This document shows positions 43,270 through 56,500 of a DNA stretch of 64,000 bases, in pieces. This stretch comes from Eledone cirrhosa. Taxonomy: Eukaryota. The number at the start of each line of letters is the position of its first letter. Within the stretch, counting starts at the first letter, position 1. The DNA lies in assembly GCA_964016885.1 (NCBI GenBank), contig OZ024740.1, positions 262,384,001-262,448,000 on the forward strand. The letters are read 5' to 3'. The position numbers and the translations under genes are program-made. The notes beneath the pieces are model-generated. The model saw only the letters and a list, made by a program, of their open reading frames with translations. It searched no databases and was not told where the DNA came from.

Positions 43270-43905
43270 GTTTTCAATATCGATGCTTACATCATGGAGT
43301 AGCTTCCACCATGTTGTTCTGTCATCAACATAATGCCTCCAGCAGTGAAGAATGTTACCTTTTCTCAAAATATCATTGATCGTGTCCTTATATCTTAAGA
43401 GTGGGTGTCCTATATGTCAAATTCAATCCTCAAGGTCACAAAAAAGAAGTTTCTTTATAGCTCTACAATAATTCATGCGGATGACATGGCCAACCCATCT
43501 TGTCTATTCCTTATCAGGATAGTTTCAATGTCGGGAGTCTTTGCACGTTTCAGTACCTCATCGTTTACGAAAATTGATCCCATTTAACACTGAGAATAAA
43601 CCTCAGGTGTTATTGCTGATCTGTTCATAACTGTCTTATGTGGTAACGATGGAGAGTCCATGTCTCACTTCTATACAACAAGAGAGGAGTCACACATTGG
43701 TTATAAACTTTAGTCTCAGATGTCAGTCCCCTAGATTCAAAGACTCACTTTTAGTTTACCTACAGCTCACTTTTAGTTTACCTACAACACAAGAGGAAGC
43801 TTGTATACGTGAACTAAGCTCTTCATCTAGTTTACAGTCTTAGGTTACGTAGTCGCCAAGATATTTGAAGCGTTCCACTCTTGCGAACTTTTGCCTATCA
43901 ATGAA
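43270..43905 (-). pseudogene. Old RTE-type LINE 3' fragment
   Basis: Minus strand reads RVERFKYLG...LDEELSSRIQAS, followed by decayed downstream sequence. Confidence 0.6.
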
Positions 43906-43954
43906 AAAGTCACTTATATTTTAATAGATGCATACATATAAACATACATACATA

Positions 43955-44405
43955 CCTGATTATACCTTCAGATGTATGCCTGTGATGATGGGACACTGGG
44001 ATATGTTAGTAACTGCCTCAATACAAATCTTGAGAACCTGGGCTTCACAGGAACAGAAATAACACAACTAGTTAGGAAATTACAAGTACAATCCATTAAT
44101 GGAACAGTAAAAATATGTAAAACATTACAAAATATTTTGCATATAATAACTGCATAAACACTTGTACAGATACTAAGGATATACACATGCACACATACAA
44201 CTCACAACATACACATCCACACATACAACAACATCCATATCTACACATGCATGCATACATGCATACATATCTAACTAGATGATGTGTAAATTCCAATGAG
44301 AGAGTCTTGTGTCTATGTTAGAAACCGACTCTCTCTCTATTGGCACAAATTTGTGAAATTATAAAACCAGAAGGACATACATACATATAAACATACATAC
44401 ATACA
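43955..44405 (+). mobile_element. R4/Dong-like LINE 3' end with (TACA)n tail
   Basis: GTLGYVSNCLNTNLENLGF...RKLQVQSINGTVKICKTL resembles the C-terminus of restriction-like-endonuclease LINEs; (CATA)n on both sides. Confidence 0.6.
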
Positions 44406-44409
44406 TAGA

Positions 44410-46058
44410 AATTTAACACCACGTGTACCATCCGAGTCTACCTCGACTGTTGTGGAAAATATTATCGATAATGATAATAATCAAAATTTCGCCCAACGAA
44501 ATCTTCCAGAAAGAAATTAATTCATGTATAAATATCTCTCTTGCTGAACGTATTAAAACGACAATATTTAATAAAAAACCAAATAATGAAATATTACGTG
44601 TTATTGACGAAATAGGGGGTGAATATTTACGACGGATAAAAACCCCAACATTTTGGCAAATCAACGCCTGTTTATATGCCTTAACACCGACAGTGAAGCA
44701 TTATCTTGGTGATAGCAGAGATATTAACAAGAACAAAACACCACCAAAAATACCATCATATGTAACTAAAATAGAAAAAAAGATTGCTGACTCATGAAAA
44801 ACCATAGGATATGTGACAATGCTGCTTACATGCAAACACACACAAAAAAAACCTCACCCCTCACCAACAAAGAGTGAAAAATAAAATAGAGACGTTGTTT
44901 GGTAACAGTAGAACCAGAACTCTTCAATATAAGCTGATCACTCTCAAACAAGAATTGAAAGCTGTTAGCGAAAAACGTCGATACCTGAAGAAGGTAGATG
45001 AGAGAAAACTGCTTAATAAAAGAATCAGACGAAACCAAACATCAGTCCATAGAGTTATGAAGAACAAAATAATAAGTGTCACTGAGGCCCCATTCAAGAA
45101 AGATATAGATTCCTTTTGGAGAAAAATATAGGGTGAAAAGAAGAATTTCAACCAAGATGCAGTGTGGCTAAAAGAAATCCGAAAGAACTATTGCTCCTAC
45201 ACTACAACAAAAACATACGAAATAAGTGAGGGTACCCTTGAGACTGTGATAGGAAAACTCCAAGATAAGAAAACACCAGGAAGAGACATGAATGTCGGCT
45301 ACTGGTACAAAAAACTGATATTCTATAGGAGGTTTCTTACTGACCTCTACCAACAAGTTCTTAAGAGAGATACACTTATACCAGAATGGTTGACATTAGC
45401 ACAAACATTACTGGTCCCCAAGAACAAAGACACCCACTTGGCAACAAACTACCGACCCATTGATGTATAAGATGTATACAGCCTGCCTGAACCTATTCCT
45501 CCAAGATCACTGTGAAAATAATAACATCATCACAGATGAACAAGCAGCTGGAAAGAAAGGGGTTTGGGGATGTGCTGAATAACTCATAATCAACAAAACT
45601 GCGATGTCGGAGGTGCGACAACTTAGGAGGAATATGGTTACAGTCTGGCTGGACTACCGGAAAGCTTTCGATTCTGTTCCCCACGCTTGGATGATAGAGG
45701 CCCTCAACTTGCTAAAGTCCCAGACATTATTTTCAGAGCCATAGAGAAGCTGTCTTCTTCTTGGGCTACTATCCTATGGTTAAAGACAGAGATGGAGGAC
45801 TCTATTTTCACTGATAAAATAAAATATCGCAGGTGTATATTTCAGGGAGACAGTCTCTCTGTGATATTATTCATCCTGTCATTAAACCCCTTGTCTTTCT
45901 GCTCAAGAAATGTGAAGGATACATCATTGGCTCAAAGAAGGACAGAAATACGAACCTATCCCGTAATTTTTTTGTCGATGATCTGAAACTCTATGCCAAG
46001 AACATGGATGGGATGAAGAAAAATCTTGACCTGGTTACAACGTTCTCAAAGTATATAG
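44410..46058 (+). mobile_element. R4/Dong-like non-LTR retrotransposon, RT region, 3'-truncated
   Basis: KKTPGRD..GYWYKKL, TLLVPKNKDT..ATNYRPI, WLDYRKAFDSVPH, IFQGDSLS.ILFILSLNPLS, FVDDLKLYAK; frameshifted. Confidence 0.85.
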
Positions 46059-48490
46059 GGCAGTGCAAGCATCAGAAAATGCATTCAAAATGTGCTGCAT
46101 ATCACTCTCTGTGTGCGCTACAATATCGCAATCATCTGCATACAAGAGGTCGCTTATGATTGATGTAAATACTTTTGTTTTTGCAGCAAAGCGCCTGGTG
46201 TTAAATATGCTGCCTGAGGTTCGATATCGGATGTAAACACCATGCTCACAATTCCTGAATGCAATACAGAAAACCATTGCAAAGTATATGGCAAACAGAG
46301 TCGGTGCTGGAATATCCCCCTGTTTCACTCCTTTTTTTACTGAGATAGGCTCCGACATTAACCCAAGCCTTGATGTCGTCATGGAAAGACCTAACAAAAA
46401 GCAAGGAACTTAACAGGTCAACCAAGTTTCTGGAGAACCTTCCATAATGTATTTCTGTTAACAGTATCGAAAGCTTTTGTCAGATCGACAAGAACCTGAT
46501 ACAGATCCAAACCTTGTTCCATGCACTTCTCCTGGAGCTGTCTAGCTGAGAAGATCATATCAGTAGTGCCGCGTCCAGCACGAAAACCAGATTGACTTTC
46601 AGGAAGAACACAATCTGCAATGTGTCAGCAGACGGTCCAGAAGCAGCCTACATAAAACATTCCCTACGACAGAAAGAAATGATATACCTCTGTAGTTCCC
46701 ACAATCATTCCTGTTACCCTTTCCCTTGTACAAGACCACCATTACTGCATCTCTCCAGTCTTCAGGTACGGATCCATTAGCCCATATCCTGCCAAACAAA
46801 GAGTGAAGATGCTGCAGGAGTCTCTCACCGCCATATTGTAGGAGCTCAGCATGTATGCCATCCATACCTGGCGACCTTTCACTGTTCAGCTTCGAGATAG
46901 CCACTGCAACCTCCACAAACGTCGGAGGATCTGCGAGAGCTACTTTCACGGGACTTTCTGGAATGAGATTGAGGAAATCTTCATTGACGACAGACGGCTG
47001 ATTCAAAAGATCATTAAACTGCTCTCACCACCTTCGTAGAATTCCTTGTGAGTCACGAAGAAGTTCTTTGCCATCCTTGCTGCGAAGCGGTGTCACCAGA
47101 TAAGAAGACTGTCCATAAACCTCACGCAACAGACTGTACAACAGCTTTGTGTTATTGGAATCTGACGCAGTTTGTATCTCATCAGCGTTCTCACTCCATT
47201 ACTGACCCTTCATCTGAGAAAGACTCCTCCTAACACGTAATTTCACATCCTTGAGTTCCTTATGCAACATATTCTTCTCCTGTGGTTTTGCCGTCAAGTA
47301 GCGTGACAGAGCACGCTCTTATCAGCCAACAAGTCTTCTATATGCTCATCATTCTCATTAAACCTATCTTGATGTTTTCTCTGCACCAATCCTAGAACAC
47401 GCCTGCCTACATCATAAACCGACTTTTTAAGGGTCGGCCAATCCTCACCAAGATCTGCAAACTGCATCTCTTCTTGCAATTTCCTCTTCACATTTTTATC
47501 CTGAAGACGAGCAGCATTCAATCTTTTGGGCAGGGCAACACCAGGAGCCCGGATTTTACGTTTAGTGATTAGTTTTACTTTTGCGCGTACCAGGCGGTGG
47601 TCCGTCCAGCACTCAGCTCCACGAAGAGCACGAACACACTGCACATCCTGTCTGTCACGCATCCTGACTAGGACGTAGTCCAAAAGATGCCAATCCTTAG
47701 ATGCAGGATGCATCCATGTGGTCTTGAATTTGTTCTTTTGTTGGAACATGGTGTTGCTAACACACAGATCCAGCTCCTCACACATCTGCAGCAGGAGCAT
47801 ACCATTGTTGTTAAACTTTCCCATCCCATGCCTTCCGGTTACATTCCATGTGTTAAAATCCCTACCCACTCTAGCATTAAACTCATCAAGCACGATGACT
47901 TTGTCTGCCTGAGGGATATTTCTTAAAACACCTTTCAAGGTATGGTAAAAGGACACTTTTTCTTCATCGACAGAATTCATAGTTGGAGCATACACACTCA
48001 GCTGGGACGCATATCTTCCTTTGTCCAGCGGAATTCTCATGGACATAAGACGCTCACTAATTCCTACTGGGAATTCTTCTAATTTATTCACAAGAACCAT
48101 CTTAACAGCAAATGCTACCCCAGCCTCTCTTCTGGTTCCTTCATCTCTTCCTTTCTAGAAGAATGTATATTCTCCACAAAATTCTGTAAGATGACCATCT
48201 CCAGCTAACCTCGTCTCAGATAAAGCCACGATATCAAGATCGTAACGTCGAAGCTCCTTTGCAACAAGAGCGGTCCTTCGTTCAGAACGCTCCAAGGAAT
48301 CCCTGTCAAGCAGCGTCCGTACGTTCCAGCATCCAAGACTAAATGCCTTGTTTGGCTCTATTACAGTGGCACGATGACGAGCGGGCCCAGGCTGTGATAA
48401 CCTGGGGCCCCTGCCGTTATTGCCAAGTATCTCTTTTGTTCCAGAATCTTTATTGCCAATTATCTCTTTTATATTGTTTTGGAACATCAT
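46059..48490 (-). mobile_element. RTE LINE, endonuclease plus RT, 3'-truncated
   Basis: LGCWNVRTLLD, DIVALSETRL, WTDHRLV, SPGMDGIHAELL, GNYRGIS, GVKQGDIPAPTLF, LLYADDC. Confidence 0.9.
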
Positions 48491-48562
48491 TGAATTGGGA
48501 AAAGAAAAGAAAAAACAAAACTAATAATAATAGTAACACTAATAATAATAATAATAATAATA

Positions 48563-48830
48563 CTGCCATGAAGTCAAAGTGGTCCCGATTGTCATAGGCG
48601 CACTAGGTACTATCTCAAAAAGTTTCCAGGGATGGTTAAAGAAAATTGGCCCCTTCACGCTCTTTGGAACGCTTCAAAAGGCATGCTTGCTGGGAACAGC
48701 AAGAACCCTCCGATACGTCCTGAATATCTGAGGCTGCAGGTAGTGGCTTGATATTCATTTCAACAATCTTTCCAGTTAACTAACATCAATGACTGATACT
48801 CAAATAATAATAATAATAATAATAATAATA
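48563..48830 (+). mobile_element. 5'-truncated Dong/R4-type LINE inserted in (TAA)n
   Basis: EVKVVPIVIGALGTISK...LQKACLLGTARTLRYVLNI*, short UTR, (TAA)n on both sides. Confidence 0.85.
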
Positions 48831-49255
48831 CACTATTAATAATTATTAATTAATTCTATCGTGCAATGCCTGTGCGTGACGAATATTTTTAAAGTGAGGA
48901 AAGACTGTGCACTGAGCCAATCCCACTCTCTGAGCGACAGTAGCTATAACCCGAAAAGAAGAAAAGATCAACATCATCGGTAACTACTGAGCCTCAGGTT
49001 TTATGTCGGAGTTAACCCAGTTTCCTGAGATGCCTTCTCCTAGAAGAATGCCCTGACAAGTGCTAGGGGTCCTTCACTCCCAGTGGTTTAACTGCACGAT
49101 CGGGTATCCAGCCCGAATATTTCTATGTCCCCGCGCATAAAAAATCACTTATTGGCACTTATACGTACGACATACACACACGCGCACACACACATACATA
49201 CGCGGCACACACCAACACTCATACATACAAACAAACACACACACGCTACTCACTT

Positions 49256-49293
<38 letters not shown>

Positions 49294-49569
49294 TACCGTC
49301 ATTACTGATAACATATTACAAGATTATGTCAACTGTTGACTTTCAAGAGTTCGTATAGTTGAAGCCGTTCGTGTTACCGTTCACTATTATTATAATTGCT
49401 TTACAGCATAGAGCTATGGCCCTCCACGCTCCGAGCTCAAATGCCGCCAAGGTCAGCCTTGCCTTTCCTCTCCACGGAGTCAACAAAAGAGAGTACCAGT
49501 AATGTGCTGGAACAGTTGCTGGCTCCGTGCCAAAAGCAGAAAAATTATTATTATTGTTACGTCTCTTCA

Positions 49570-49851
49570 CGATCTGAGTTCAAATCCCGCCGAGGTTAAC
49601 TTTGCCTTTCATCCTTACGAGGTCGATAAAATAAGGTACCAGTAATGTACTGGGTAGTTGCTGGCCTTGTGCCAAAAGTAGAAACAATTATTATATGTCT
49701 ATAATATATTCCTTTCTTTGTTTTATTTTATTTTTTATCGGCTGTATCGTAGTCAGAATTGGTTTTCATTTTTGTACCTCTATTCTTTTACCCTTTACAT
49801 TTCATCACCCTGCATTCTTGTATTGCCTTATCTCTTAATGCTTACTTCAAA
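49570..49851 (+). mobile_element. SINE A with a ~160-bp 3' extension shared with ~37995-38151
   Basis: tatgtctataatatattcc...cttaatgcttacttcaaa follows the SINE tail at both loci. Confidence 0.8.
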
Positions 49852-51132
49852 TGCTTACTTCTTAATGCTCGGTCGCTGGTGATGGTGGATGGTGGTGGTG
49901 GTGGTGGCAGTTGATGCTGTTGTGTTGTGTGCGTGTGTGTGTGTTTTGTTATTTTGTGTTTTTTTGTTTTGTTTTTATCGTTTGATGCCGATGTTGTTGT
50001 TGTAAATGTTCAATCTACAACAACAACACCGGCACTAATGTTTACAGCAACAACAGCTTCAGAAAGAATTGAAACATACATATACACATACATGCATATA
50101 TATATACAAACATACATACATACATAAATACATGATGGCTGCCCCCTCGTTATCGAGGCATATGTACATATATAGATACATATGTATATACATAGAACAT
50201 TGACACAGACGAACAGCAAACAGATTTAATTATAACTGTAATATCATTTCAATCTTCTTCTTCTTCTTCTTCTTCTTCTTCTTCTTCTTCTTCTTCTTCT
50301 TCTTCTTCTTCTTCTTTACCAAACATCATCAACATCATCATCATCATCACCATAACCTATCATCAACATCACCATCGTAATAATCATCATCATCACCATC
50401 ACCTTCATCACCATCATCATCGTCGTCACCATCATAATCCCCACCATTATAACCATCGTCATCCTCATTATAGACATCACCATCATAATCATAATCTTCA
50501 TCATGATCCCATCGCTATTTAGGATAGGTCTATAAGTGTGTGGGTTTATAGATCTCTCGTTTACGTATTACCTCATTTTTTTTCGTTTTACAATATTTGG
50601 CATGTTTCCCTGTCTGTATACTAAAAATGTGTAAATTCTTCTTTAAAGATACAACTATACAAATCGCTAGAGATGTTTAGGTTAAAAGATGAAAAAAGTG
50701 CCTAGCTCCCGTTATGAAGTATTGAACCGCGTATAACTCGATTTCCGGCCGAATGCTTTTACTCTTAAGAGCGAGAGACAACAAGCCCAATCATATTCAG
50801 GTAACAATACTGAACAGCTTGTAGTCTACAGCCTAGAGAACCCCATGTTCTCTCTCTTTCCTACGCTTGCTATTTCTTTCCTTCACTCTATTACACCCTC
50901 ACCCTTTCTAGCACTTAGTTTCATTATTGCTTTTCTGATTCTCAGTTTCTCTCCCATAATATTTGTCATCTATTTTTCCGTCTCTACTTTTCTTTTCTAC
51001 ATAGATATCCTTTACACCCACACTCTCTCTGTCACCTTTTCCCCTTCTCTCTCTCAAATATTTTCCTTCTCTCTATATCCTTTTATATATACCTTCTCTT
51101 TAAATTTTTATAGTGAGATATAGGCAGTGAGA

Positions 51133-51289
51133 AATAATTGTTTCTACTTTAGGCACAAGGCCAGCAATTACCCAGTGCATTACTGGTACTTTATTTTATC
51201 GACCCCGTAAGGATGAAAGGCAAAGTCAACCTCGGCGGGATTTGAACTCAGATCGTAAAGGGACGTAACTATGCTAGAAAGCATGACGT
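51133..51289 (-). mobile_element. SINE family A with target-site duplication
   Basis: gtgagaaataat flanks both ends. Confidence 0.85.
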
Positions 51290-51730
51290 GAGAAATAATA
51301 GGCAGTGAGAAATAATGACCTCCCTTAGTTTATTTCCAAGTATTTCTAAAGGTTTCCAGGCAATGAACACTTTTTCAAAATCTCCATATTGATTCGAGTA
51401 TATTCAATAGATGTTTTAATATATGTAGTGTTTAATTAAACTAAATTCCTTTCTCGCATCTCTACGGTGATCAGATATGATCTACATTAAACAGTGTATT
51501 TGATGTTTATATCCATCGTTGCGGGCCTCTTCTCGTTGTCTCTTGATTCTAACGCCTAGACTACGGTATACTCTTTATGTTTCCCTTCTCAGGGAGTTGT
51601 TTTTCCATATTTAATCCATATGGTATTTACTAATTTTGTATACACACGTAAACGCATACACTCATATATATATATACAACTCTCTACATGTAAATATATA
51701 TATATGAATTGCATCCTTGTATACCGAATG

Positions 51731-51762
<32 letters not shown>

Positions 51763-51771
51763 CAGAGAGAC

Positions 51772-51835
<64 letters not shown>

Positions 51836-51840
<5 letters not shown>

Positions 51841-52450
51841 ATGAAATCGAAAATGCAACTGGAGTCTTATTGTTAAAAAAATATATATATTTATTTGGTT
51901 CCTTTACCGGTTTCGCAGTTCTTCTGCTTTTCAAAAGTAGAGTTGAGATGGAGAGTCTGTGGTTTTTCTCACATCTGGTTGGTCTTTGAATGTTACTTGT
52001 TTTATATAGAAAAAAGTGGTTCGAAACGCCAGGTTTTTAGAGAAGTAATTTGATTGGTTGGTCAATAAGTATAATAAATTTCGCGCCTAGTTCGCGTTAC
52101 AAAGTTCTTCAAACAAAGGGGGAGGGGGGGGCGTGCTCAGGTTGTTTTTTCATATATGAGTGTTTGAATTACTTTTTACTTAAAAATCGGGGCTCACGTG
52201 AACTTGTTCACGTAACAGACATAATTTCCTTTTAACCACTCATTACATTTAAAAAAAAAAAGCCTTCGTCTCCATCTCAACTCTACTTTTGAAAAGCAGA
52301 AGAACTGCGAAACCGGTAAAGGAACCAAATAAATATATATATTTAAAAAAAAATAAGACTCCAGTTGCATTTTCGATTTATCTTTTTTTCTTTATACTTT
52401 CACTCGTGTAGGACACCTCGGTTATTTTTCATTTTGTAAAGAAACCACAC

Positions 52451-52456
<6 letters not shown>
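51836..52456. mobile_element. Element with ~118-bp inverted arms, each carrying a variant hammerhead
   Basis: 51836-51954 is the reverse complement of ~52269-52386; flanked by (GA)n on the left and (TA)n on the right. Confidence 0.8.
52286..52321 (+). ncRNA. Minimal hammerhead ribozyme with U3-A8 core variant (second copy 51902-51937, minus)
   Basis: ctt-TTGAAAA-gcag-aagaa-ctgc-GAAA-ccgg-TA-aag; G10.1-C11.1 pair intact, palindromic ACCGGT; helix I only 3 bp. Confidence 0.6.
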
Positions 52457-52481
<25 letters not shown>

Positions 52482-52640
52482 ATACAATATGTAGAGAAGA
52501 TAACACACCAGAGAGAGAGAGATAGTGCGCCATCAGTCAAACAGGGAAAAACCACCAGTGAATCTATAGCCCGGGATCCCTTCTCCTTTGAGCACATTAA
52601 TGACAGGGAATGGCGAGAGTCTATGGCTCCGTTAATTTAT

Positions 52641-52689
<49 letters not shown>

Positions 52690-52771
52690 ATAATAATAAA
52701 TTTGAAGACCAAAATCCAAAGAGGGCTCGATAAGGATAAATATATATCAAATATATAAGAACCGTAGAGCA

Positions 52772-52895
52772 AATATTTATTAAAATAACAGATTAAAGTT
52801 TAAGCAAAGAATCGCTGAAGAGTTTCAGAAGATCCCGTTAAGGGTGAAAGCACCGATTCTTTGCTTAAACTTTAATCTGTTATTTTAATAAATAT
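52772..52895. repeat. Foldback with ~42-bp arms; family also at ~920-975
   Basis: atttattaaaataacagattaaagtttaagcaaagaatcg / cgattctttgcttaaactttaatctgttattttaataaat. Confidence 0.85.
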
Positions 52896-53270
52896 ATATA
52901 TATATATATATTCAAATCAACAAACATCGGAGGACGCGTTTCGCACTTGTCCGACAGACAACCTTTCCCCCACCCCGGAAAAACCCCCAGTTGATGGATG
53001 TGAATCCGAAATATATAGGGACTATTAAATCTCTCCCAAGGTAACTCTCTCTCGTGTTGTTATTTTATTTTACCCTTTATACTCTTTCCTTCATTCTTCT
53101 ACACATCTCATACACACCACGCATCTCAACGTACACCCACTTACATCTCTCTCTCCACCACCGGATCTTGTTACCCGGAGATTTACCCATTTGCATTGTC
53201 GAGGCTTCCAAACGACTTAAAGATATTTACTTATTATTCCACAATGCTTCAAGCAAACTTCAATACTCTC

Positions 53271-53325
<55 letters not shown>

Positions 53326-53586
53326 GTTAGGTCACTCCTGAGTGCTACTGGTAACATGTAGACCAGTACAACCTGTCGCATGGTCGGGTCGTCGGCGACT
53401 AAACTGGCAACAGCACTAAGTTTACTTGGTGAGGAGGGTGGTTTTGGACACCCTGCAGGACAAAAAACAAAAGCTGACAAAGGGCGGAAGAACTGATAAG
53501 TGTCGACGGCCATCCAAAAATGTGTAAATATGTATATACACATGTATATGTGTATGTGTATGTATTTACGTACGTGTGTATATGCT

Positions 53587-56500
53587 TGGGGTGTCAGGGA
53601 GGGGCATGTACCTCTGTAGGGGAGGGGGGGGCTAGCCATGCCCTTTTCAGGACAGCTCGTCCTGCATTGGGTCCCACCTGACACCCTCAGGTCTTACCTG
53701 TAGCCCCAAGAGACTGTAGCATGCGACAGCGGCCACACCCTGGTAAAACGCCTTGGCTGGCGGGCCGAACCAGGTTGAGTGTAGCCGGACGGGTCTGAAA
53801 CCGCCCGGTGAGTTAGATGGGGGATGCCTGCCTCTGCATGCGAAGACTGGATCCGGCGGAGTGAGTGGAGGAGGACAGCATCGTTCCAGCAGTCACGAAA
53901 GCGGCGACAGCAAGCGGTGTGGAGCGCTAGGGCACGGCAAGGCAGTACAGACGTCGTGGCCATCTACTGCAGACAAGGAAGTCCCTGGTCGTGACGGTCC
54001 TCAGTACCACCGGATTCTGGCTTATGCTGCCGAGTGATTGAGATCGTCACTGTGAACAGGCCCTCACACTATAAACCTTTCCCTGCACAGGTTTCTTCTT
54101 TATCGTGCACTCCCAAAGCCCTGCGGCAATGGGCGAGAGGTGAAGGTAACAGGAGGAGGTAACCTCTAGGAGTTGCCAGTATCAAACCCACACGTGCGCG
54201 GCCTGGATGCGCAAGTCGTTCTCCTCATGACCCTAGGATGACAAAAGAGATCAGGCGTTCTACGGGTGACTGAGCAGCCCTTTTCAAGGGAGAATTGCTC
54301 ACCCTCGAACGAGGGGAGGGGCGATAAAAGGAGCCCTAAACAAATGCTCGTCCCACACAAAGCTGGCCAGTCTAACGCGGCTGGCGGTTTTACCCTTGCA
54401 AGCGGTCGAAACGAACATAATAGAAAGAAGAACTTGATTCTTCGGCATGGAATGTGCGCACACTCATGGATAGGGAAACCTTGAGGCCAGAGAGAATAAC
54501 TGCCCTCATAGCAAGGGAATTAGCTCGCTACCGGATCGACATAGCCGCCCTCAGCGAGACTAGACTTGCCGAAGAAGGATCAGTAGTAGAACCGAAAGGA
54601 GGCCACACCTTCTTCTGGACAGAATCCACGGGGTAGGCCTGGCCATCAGGATTTCACTCTGCAAGCAGCTACCAGACCTCCCAACACCTGTGAGTGAGCG
54701 GCTGATGAAGCTCCGCTTCCCCCTCGACCCATCTCGGCATGTCACAGTCATCAGCGCGTATCACCAGCACTTTCACCAGCAGCGATGAATCAAAGGACGC
54801 TTTCTACGGGGAACTCAACGCACTCGGGAAGGGCGTCCCCCCCCCCCCCCCCAAGCGATAAACTCATCCTACTGGGGCACTTCAACGCAAGAGTCGGGTC
54901 TGACAGAAGCAACTGGAGAGGCGTGCTGTGACCTCACTGCACAGGGAAGCTGAATTCTAACGGCCTCATATTGTTGAGTTTCTGCGCCGAGAACGACCTC
55001 ACCATCACCAGCACACTGTTCCGCCACGCAGACAAGTTCAAAACGACATGGATGCACCCCAGATCCAAACAGTAGCATCTGATTGACTTTGCCATATGCC
55101 GCAGGAGGGATATGCGTGATGTAAAAATCACCAGGGCCATGCGTGGTGCAGAGCGTTGGACCGACCATCGCCTTCTCAGGACCATCCTGTCACTGCACAT
55201 CACCTCGACGCATCGCAAGACTCCGAAAGTCTGTAGGCCAGCTTTCGGCGTCGCACGACTCAAGCAGCCAGAGCATCGTGATGCGTCTGCGAAACACCTG
55301 GACGGCTGGCTGACTGCCCATGGACCACTGACCGGACGCCCAACTCAACAGTGGGACCAGTTCAGGTCGCTGGTGACAGAGTCAACCAAGGCAACCATCG
55401 GGCCGATGTAGAGAGTCCACCAGGACTGGTTTGATGAAAACGATGAGCGCATCAGACAACTCCTGGATGAGAAGAGGAGGGCTTTCATTGAGTGGCAGAA
55501 TGACAGCTCCTCCCCCTTGAAGCGCGATCGCTTCAAGCACCTCCAGAGGCAGACCCAAGCAGCGCTACGCAGAATGCAGGACAAGTGATAGGAAAAGAGG
55601 GCCGAAGAAGTCGAGAGATACGCTGACACAAAGAACTCCAAGATGTTCTTCAGCGCCATCGGGGACGTCTACGGCCCCCCAAGCTGTCACCACACCACCG
55701 CTGTCTGCTGACGGCTCGATCCTGCTGAAGGAGAAGAGCAGCATCAACTCGAGGTGGAGAGAGCACTTCAGCAACCTGCTCAACAAGCCCTCCACTGCCG
55801 ACCCTGCCACCCTCGATCAGGTACCAGAGAAGCCCGTAGTCGGCTTCCTCGACCCCCCCCCCCACGTTGGATGAAGTCACGAAGGCAATCAACCAGACCA
55901 GCTCGGGAAAGGCCCCTGGGAAGGACGGGATTCCTGCCGAGATCTTCAAGTCGGCCGGTCTAGCTGCCCTGGGGGCCTTCCAAACCCTCCTCATCAGCAT
56001 ATGAGAGGAGGAAGATGTGTCCAAAGACTTCAGGGAGGCCACAGTTGTCTCGCTTTTTAAGAACAAAGGCAGTAAAACTGACTGTGGCAACTATCGGGGC
56101 ATTTCTCTCCTGTCAATCGCTGGGAAGGTCCTGGTAAGGGTCATGCTCAACCGCCTCATCGCCAACATCTCGGAGGACAACCTGCCTGAGGCCCAGTGTG
56201 GGTTTCGACATGATCTTCTCTGTTCGCCAGGTGCAGGAGAAGTGTGTCGAGCAGAACATGGACCTCTTTGCCGTCTTGATAGACTTGACGAAGGCCTTCG
56301 ACACTGTCAACAGGGAGGCCCTCTGGTCGATCCTGTCGAAGTTTGGATGCCCGACAAAGTTTGTGAATCTGATACAGCAATTCCATGACGACATGAACGG
56401 GCAGGTGCGCTCGGGCGGAGAGGCATCGGAGCCGTTCGAAATCACAATGGTGTCAAGCAAGGATGCATGCTGGCTCCCGTTCTCTTCAACCTGTTCTTCA

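Noticed and set aside
51836-52386. MITE with terminal inverted repeats
   Set aside because: No TSD or transposase-type termini; the right arm continues to (TA)n and both arms carry a ribozyme motif, so a retro-foldback fits better
52815-52860. CTGAAGA...GAAA inside the foldback as a hammerhead
   Set aside because: The CTGAAGA is created by the junction of the two arms; helices I and III do not form
52928-52962. Minus-strand GAAACGCGTC hammerhead half
   Set aside because: No recognisable core or helix I upstream
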